Positions 55,378 to 64,000 of a DNA stretch of 64,000 bases are shown in pieces (the first letter of the stretch is position 1; every line of letters begins with the position of its first letter). Under the pieces are notes generated by a model. That model made no database searches. It saw only the letters and a list, made by a program, of their open reading frames with translations, and was not told the origin of the DNA. Source of the stretch: Macrostomum lignano (taxonomy: Eukaryota); contig NIVC01000850.1 in the NCBI GenBank assembly GCA_002269645.1, positions 1 through 64,000 of the forward strand, in the 5' to 3' direction. The position numbers and the translations under genes are program-made.

Positions 55378-56035
55378 GGATGGGAGAAAAGACTCAGAAG
55401 GGATGGGAGGAGAGGCTGAGAAGGGATGGGAGGAGAGGGTGAGAAGGGATGGGAGGAGAGGGTGAGAAGGGATGGGAGGAGAGGGTGAGAAGGGATGGGA
55501 GGAGGGTGAGAAGAGATGGGAGGAGGGTGAGAAGAGATGGGAGGAAAGGGTGAGAAGGGATAAGAGGAGAGGGTGAGAAAGGATGGGAGAGGGTGAAAAG
55601 GGATGGGAATTGAGGGTGAGAAGGGATGGGAGGAGAGGGTGAGAAGGGATGGGAGGAAAGGGTGGGAAGGGATAGGAGGAGAGGGTGAGAAGGGATAAGA
55701 GGAGAGGGTGAGAAAGGATTGGAGAGGGTGAAAAGGGATTGGAGGAGAGGGTGAGAAGGGATGGGAGGAGAGGGTGAGAAGGGATAAGAGGAGAGGGTGA
55801 GAAAGGATTGGAGAGGGTGAAAAGGGATTGGAAGAGAGGGTGAGAAGGGATGGGAGGAGAGGGTGAGAAGGGATGGGAGGAGAGGGTGAGAAGGGATGGG
55901 AGGAGAGGGTGAGAAGGGATGGGAGGAGAGGGTGAGAAAGGATGGGAGAGGGTGAAAAGGGATCGGAGGAGAGGGTGAGAAGGGATGAGAGGAGAGGGTG
56001 AGGAGGGATGGGAGGTGGGAAAGGATCGGAGAGGG
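55378..56035. repeat. 23-bp polypurine G-tract minisatellite
   Basis: Unit GAGAAGGGATGGGAGGAGAGGGT. Confidence 0.94.
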
Positions 56036-57469
56036 TGTGAAAAGGGAATTCCTCCATTCCGCTGACTCCAAAGCATACGAGTCATACGAGCATACATACG
56101 AGCGCGCCAATCAGGGGTGTCGCCACCAGGGGTGGGGGGGGGCATGCCCCCCTAAACGCTATGGTTGCCATGCCAATGGTTTGTCCCCCACCCCACCTAG
56201 TGACCTATTATGGAAATCAATAGTTATGCTTCAGAGCGCCAAGTTGAGTGCTAACAGCACCAATTCTCAAAATTACAATAATGTACATGTAGGAATTTAG
56301 TCATGTACAGTTAGAATTCTCGGCTTTGTCCCGCCCAACTATAAAAGGCAGTTATCCTAACTATGCAGTTAACATTTGCGTATTAGTAAGGATTATTTAC
56401 CAAAAAAATTCAATCTTAATCACAATTCCGTCATTTTGTTACCTGATTTTCAGTTTTGCAGTCAGAACGATTTTACAACATACGTATACTGATCAAGGCC
56501 GCTTCTTGCCAATTCTGTGCCTGACAATGTCCAGTTCTAAAAATAGAACGTGCATGATTTATATCTCTCCACACTGGGGCTACAATTAGACTAATTAAAT
56601 CTGCCCCCACTCCCGTGACCTGCCCTGACAGTCACGGAGCAAGTTCAAACACACAAGTCGATAATCTGGGATCAAGTCCCGTTGATGAGGCTTAATAACT
56701 TTAATTAATTAAACTGGCAGGATTTTTATTAATTTTAGGTTAATTTTGATGGCGAAACATGCACAAGGGAAGAAAAGTCACAAGGGCCAGAGAATTGTGT
56801 CCCCAATAAAAATGAGGAAGTGTGTGGGCTTGAGAAGAAAAGTGGTGGGTAAAAATTCAAACTTCACAAACTGCTTATAGCTGGAGACCCACGCGATTTC
56901 GTATCCAAAGCACCCTGACAACCATTTATGAAGGAGCCTCTCTCCCGTATCCGTATTGATTTTAGATATTGTTGAGTGGCCTATCAAAAGCACTGTTCAA
57001 ATAGAAGTATGGACACACACACACAATATAGAGTATTATTATATACATTCCAGGTATAAACTTAGGCATACACTGCAGGTGCAGTGCAGATGTTGAAATT
57101 GTAAACACACTACTATTATTCTGCCTATACATGTATTATAAAAAACACAGGACTTAGCTAACTATATATGTAACCATATGCATGTATAATTATGCACTTT
57201 TACTAGGAAATTTTACGAGCAAGTTTCGTAGGAAATGCAATAAGCAAGTTTTAGTCACAGTTTTATTATTACCCAGATGTGTTGCTCCAGAATTCGCTTA
57301 ATGTATTTAGCGGCCGTCTCCGAGGCCCCAAAACCCCAGGGGGGGGGGTGGGCCGCAGACACTAGCTGCTGCTGCTGCTGCTAATGCTTGAGAGCAGCAG
57401 AAGCTGCAGTCTATGGTCTGAACCCCGGGGTTATCACGCTGCAGCCAGGCTGTGATGTTGGCCGGAAGA

Positions 57470-57740
57470 GGGGAGGAGAGAGAGGAGAGATGAGAGAAGG
57501 GAGAGGAGAGAAGAGATGAGATGAGCGAAGGGAGAGGAGAAGAGAGGAGACAGGAGTGAAAAGAGAGGAGAGGAGAGGAGAAAGGAGAGTAGAGTGAATG
57601 GAGAGGAGGGAGGAGTTAAGGGAGAGGAAAGAAGAGGAGAAAGAAGAGAAAGGAGTGAAGGGAGAGAAGAGAGAAGAGGAGAGAGAGCCAGAGAGGAGTG
57701 AAGGGAGAGGAGAGAGAGGAGAGGAGAGAGGAGATTAGAG
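57470..57740. repeat. Polypurine (AG) tract
   Basis: Direct reading. Confidence 0.9.
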
Positions 57741-58356
57741 AGATGCCACTGGTCATCCAGCAAACTGTTGCTGTCTATGGTCAGAAATGTAAATTCCCAG
57801 GAAACTGCGTGCAGTTTTTTGGTATTTTCCGGTAAATATTGTCCTGACTACAAGGTTGCTAACTTACCAAACAAGATTTGTCGTGGATATCTTGAGCGAT
57901 TTAGTGTTATATTAATTTGTGACCAGGAGCCTTGCAAACAAAAGCCTGACCCAGCTCAGTGCTTTGCCCAATTTTTTATGCAGACATTTCAAGCATTATT
58001 GCGAGCAGCTTATTGGCCAATGGGGGAGAGGATAGTGAACTATCTCTTACCATGCAGCTTGCCGCACGGGATATAAACAATAGAGATAGTTAATTTTTTA
58101 ATTCAAAACCTTGCCAGGCGTGTATGTAACTGCTGCTACAAAAATTTACAGCCAAGGTAGATATGACATAATTAAAGGACTGCGTACGAGGGGGTGAGGA
58201 TAAAGGCACTGCAAAATTGAAATGACGAAATTCTAATTGAAAGGGAAGAGAAAGGAGAGGAACATTTGAGAGACAGATAGATGAGGTCGGAGAGGAGGGA
58301 GAGATGAAGGAGGGCGATAAGGGCCGCTGCAGCTCTCCTTGATGAGTAATACTAGT

Positions 58357-59072
<716 letters not shown>

Positions 59073-59471
59073 ATCCACCCTTTAAGTACAAAAGAGATAA
59101 GGATGGGGCAGCTCTGAGAGCATAAAAAAGCAAAATTTTAGTGTCAGAAATCGAAGCTTGCGCCTATAAAACAAAATGCTTTCAAATCGCGCAGACTCGC
59201 AGGTATATAATCAAATTTATTCTTTACACACCGAAATCTGCATTACAGGGCCTTAATTCAAAAGAAGCTAGCGGCAAAAGAAGAAAACTGATTACGAGTT
59301 AACTAGCAACAATTAGGTTCTAGGCAATTGAAAAAGCACAAAAAAGTTTTTCAACGGTCTGGTGTAGAGATGTCCAGCACTTTCAGAATATTCGGCAGTA
59401 ATCAACTTTCCAAACTATTTTCTTGTGATTCTGTAGAACACTAACGTCATAATTTGAACTGGTCTGGAGGG

Positions 59472-60023
59472 TGACGTCATTGATGAACCAACTAGGATGA
59501 CATTGAGTAGGATGGCGTCATCATTACCACATTGGGTCGGGACAATGACGCCACAAAATTCTATAGAATGAAGTCACAGAATCCTAAAGAATAACGTCAC
59601 AAAATCCAATAGAATGACGTCATAGAATCACATAAAATAACGTCACACAATCCTATAGAATGGTGTCATAGAATCCTATAGAATGGCGTCATAGAATCCT
59701 ATAGAATGGCGTCATAGAATCCTATAGAATGGCGTCATAGAATCCTATAGAATGGCGTCATAGAATCTCATAGAATGACGTCATAGAATCCTATAGAATG
59801 ACGTCATAGAATCCCATAAAATAACGTCACAAAATCCAATAGAATGACGTCATAGAATCACATAAAATGACGTCAACACAATCTTATAAAATGACGTAGA
59901 ATCCTATAGAATGACGTCACAGAATCCTATAGAATGACGTCACAGAATCCTATAGAACGCCAACACTAAAATAAAAAGTTGATTGATGACGTCACTGAAA
60001 TCAACAATTGATTGATGACGTCA
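59472..60023. promoter_or_regulatory. Cluster of 10 perfect CRE palindromes (TGACGTCA), partly within a 23-bp minisatellite
   Basis: Sites start at 59472, 59615, 59776, 59799, 59845, 59868, 59912, 59935, 59987 and 60016; unit AGAATCCTATAGAATGACGTCAT. Regulatory function is inferred, not shown. Confidence 0.5.
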
Positions 60024-60154
60024 TAATAAAGACTAAGGTAGGCATTTTGTTATCTCAAGATAACAAACAGTTCAAAAACTTTTTAATTTAACAAACTACT
60101 TAAAACTGGGCTGAAATACACTAAGGATATAATAATGCAACTAAAAAGTTTATA

Positions 60155-61518
<1,364 letters not shown>

Positions 61519-61584
61519 GCGTGCGACAGGGGAGAAGGCGGCAGAGCATGCAAGAATTGACCGAAATTGGAGAGCTCAATGTGA

Positions 61585-61995
61585 GAAGCACTCAGACTGT
61601 CTGTCCCTCAATCAAAAGCACTCAGACTGTCTGTCACTCAATCAGAAGCACTCACAATGTCTGTCACTCAATCAGAAGCACTCGACTGTCTGTTACTCAC
61701 TCAACAAGAAGCACTAAGAATGTCTGCCACTCAACAAGAAGCACTCAGACTGTCTGTCACTCAATCAGAAGCACTAAGACTGTCTGTTACTCAATCAGAA
61801 GCACTCAGACTGTCTGTCACTCAATCAGAAGCACTCAGACTGTCTGTCACTCAATCAGAAGCACTCAGACTGTCTGTCACTCAATCAGAAGCACTCAGAC
61901 TGTCTGTCACTCAATCAGAAGCACTCAGACTGTCTGTCACTCAATCAGAAGCACTCACAATGTCTGTCACTCAATCAGAAGCACTAAGACTGTCT
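61585..61995. repeat. 30-bp minisatellite directly upstream of the CMC1 ATG
   Basis: Unit AGAAGCACTCAGACTGTCTGTCACTCAATC, about 13 copies. Confidence 0.95.
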
Positions 61996-62761
61996 GGAGC
62001 CTACGAATCGAACTCTAAGTAAGTCTGACTGTATCATAACAAATAATAAAATGACCAACAATCAAAAGCATTAACTAAGGACAGAGTAATCCTGAGTTTT
62101 ATTGGATGCCAAATAATAACAGAAAACACAACACGCCATGGTCCATGCATAAGCAAGTAAGCGGTCTGAGAATCTAGGAGAGAATAGTGTTGCAGGGTAG
62201 CATAAATAGGCCACTTAAATACTGCGGCTGCAATTGATTATTAGTGCAACTTGTACTTATCGAATATAGCTACAGAGATGTGCAGGAGCGATGCTAAGTG
62301 ACTAGATAGAAGATAGACAGATTATTATAAGCAGAAGATATAAATAAATTAACATTCCGAGACATTACAATATATAGCTAATGATTTAGGAATAAGCGGT
62401 GCATTAGTAAGCTTACTAACCAACACTAACAGATTAATGAATATAAAGTGTTGTTTAAAATTCATTTTAGTTCACAATCTATTTACAAAAATTAACATTG
62501 ACTTTTTGGGATCTGGGATTTGGGATTAATGTTTATTGATTTAACAATGGCATGTTGATATGCGCTTGAGTAATAAGTACTTAAGTACTAAAACTTGTTT
62601 TAACTGTCTTTGTAATTTGACCCAAATTGTAACTTACAGAAACCATCTGTAATGTAAGAGGCCCTTTAAATGTACTTAAAATTCTCTAAATAAGACATGC
62701 AATTATTTTTTGGATATTTCGTTTCTGTAATATGCAGGATTTGTTTGTAATATTAGACCCC

Positions 62762-62905
62762 GTCTGTAATGTACAAGAGTTGTCTGATATATACAAGACC
62801 TGTCTGTAATGTACAAGACTTGTCTGTAATGTACAAGACTTGTCTGTAATGTACAAGACCTGTCTGTAATGTACAAGACTTGTCTGTAATGTACAAGACC
62901 TGGCT
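62762..62905. repeat. 20-bp tandem repeat, about 7 copies
   Basis: GTCTGTAATGTACAAGAC(T/C)T. Confidence 0.9.
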
Positions 62906-63211
62906 GCAATGTACAACAGGCTTCATAAATTACCCTGTAGCTAAACTCTGAGAAGACAGTGTAGCATTATTATATATGGTGATGGTTAACAGTCAAAAAC
63001 ACGCCTATTACTGAATATGTTGTCAATAAACAATTGACATAATAATGAAATAAGCACAGATTAAAAATGGAAAGTCTACAAGAAAAACAAAAGAACAACA
63101 AATTATAATATCTCAGCTTCAAAAAGTTTAGAATATTATTAAGCAATTAGCAATTGCCATTTTATTATTAATCTCAATTGCGTCTCAATTGCAAACGTAT
63201 CAGGGATTCAA

Positions 63212-63390
63212 TTAGCCCGAATATTTCATGCGTTTCATTGGCACCGGGTGCTGAACCTGCTGCTGCTGCTGACGGCCACCCTGATAGTCGGGCTCCGCAT
63301 CCTGATCAGTCTCCGGGCTGGTTGGAGGACTTGGCGGCAAGTCGTCCTGGTTCACCAGCTGATTGGCCGAGGCAACCGCCTGCTCCAAGT
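63212..63390 (-). CDS. Terminal coding exon of a gene lying beyond the right window edge
   Basis: Acceptor gttcgcag|AC, then open frame LEQAVASANQLVNQDDLPPSPPTSPETDQDAEPDYQGGRQQQQQVQHPVPMKRMKYSG*; GC-rich coding-like island in AT-rich flanks. Confidence 0.55.
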
Positions 63391-63464
63391 CTGCGAACGT
63401 TTATTTGAAAACAATAAAAACTATAGAAAACAATAGTTGCAAAGGGCGCTAAAGAATCGTTGCT

Positions 63465-63870
63465 AGGGTCACAAAAAATGGTTGTCAAGGACGCTAGAAA
63501 TGGTTACTAGGGCCACAAAAATGGTTGTCAAGGACGCTAGAAATAGTTACTAGGGTCACAAAATGGTTGTCAAGGACGCTAGAAATAGTTACTAGGGTCA
63601 CAAAATGGTTGTCAAGGACGCTAGAAATAGTTACTAGGGTCACAAAATGGTTGTCAAGGACGCTAGAAATAGTTACTAGGTCACAAAATGGTTGTCAAGG
63701 ACGCTAGAAATAGTTACTAATGTCAGAGAATGGTTGTCAAGGACGCTATAAATGGTTACTAGGGTCACAATGTGGTTGTCAAGGACGCTAGAAATAGTTA
63801 CTAGGGTTACAAAAATGGTTTTTAGGGACGCTAGAAATGGTTACTGGGGTCGCAAAAATGGTTTTGGATG
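63465..63870. repeat. About 42-bp minisatellite
   Basis: Unit AAAATGGTTGTCAAGGACGCTAGAAATAGTTACTAGGGTCAC. Confidence 0.93.
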
Positions 63871-64000
63871 TCAGGGGTACTAAATCGTTGCCAATGTCAC
63901 TAAAAATTATTGTTAGGGTTACTAAGACTGGTTGCCAAGAACGTTAAAATGGTTGTCAGAAACGTCAACTTGGTTGCCATGCACAATCAAATGATTGCCT

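Noticed and set aside
57310-57470. Minus-strand frame LPANITAWLQRDNPGVQTIDCSFCCS as a possible exon
   Set aside because: No clear acceptor or donor and no partner exons; abuts a polypurine tract

Overview
Eukaryotic (metazoan) genomic DNA with GT-AG spliced genes. The GC-rich exons and minisatellite-filled introns suggest a flatworm such as Macrostomum, but that is inference only. Most long ORFs in the supplied track are tandem-repeat artefacts; the real genes had to be assembled by hand from phase-compatible exons. Contents, left to right: a degenerate MULE (Mutator-like) transposase; a 3-exon small single-pass membrane protein (+); a 2-exon innexin (+); a Shisa-like (FAM159/SHISAL2-type, 6-Cys) membrane adaptor absent from the ORF track (-); a 6-exon orphan type I membrane protein (-); an 18-exon DPP6/DPP10-like catalytically dead dipeptidyl peptidase (-); a possible 3-exon low-complexity gene (-); CMC1 (twin CX9C, -); and the last exon of a gene entering from the right (-). 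About 40 distinct micro/minisatellite arrays fill roughly half the window. Best leads: (1) a 20-bp minisatellite present as a true inverted duplication (five rare variants at exactly mirrored positions) bracketing the transmembrane exon of the DPP gene, with two further inverted array pairs around neighbouring exons; (2) ten perfect CRE (TGACGTCA) sites in about 550 bp; (3) the DPP pseudoenzyme substitutions; (4) a neighbourhood of membrane-excitability accessory genes. No CRISPR, rRNA or convincing tRNA was seen.
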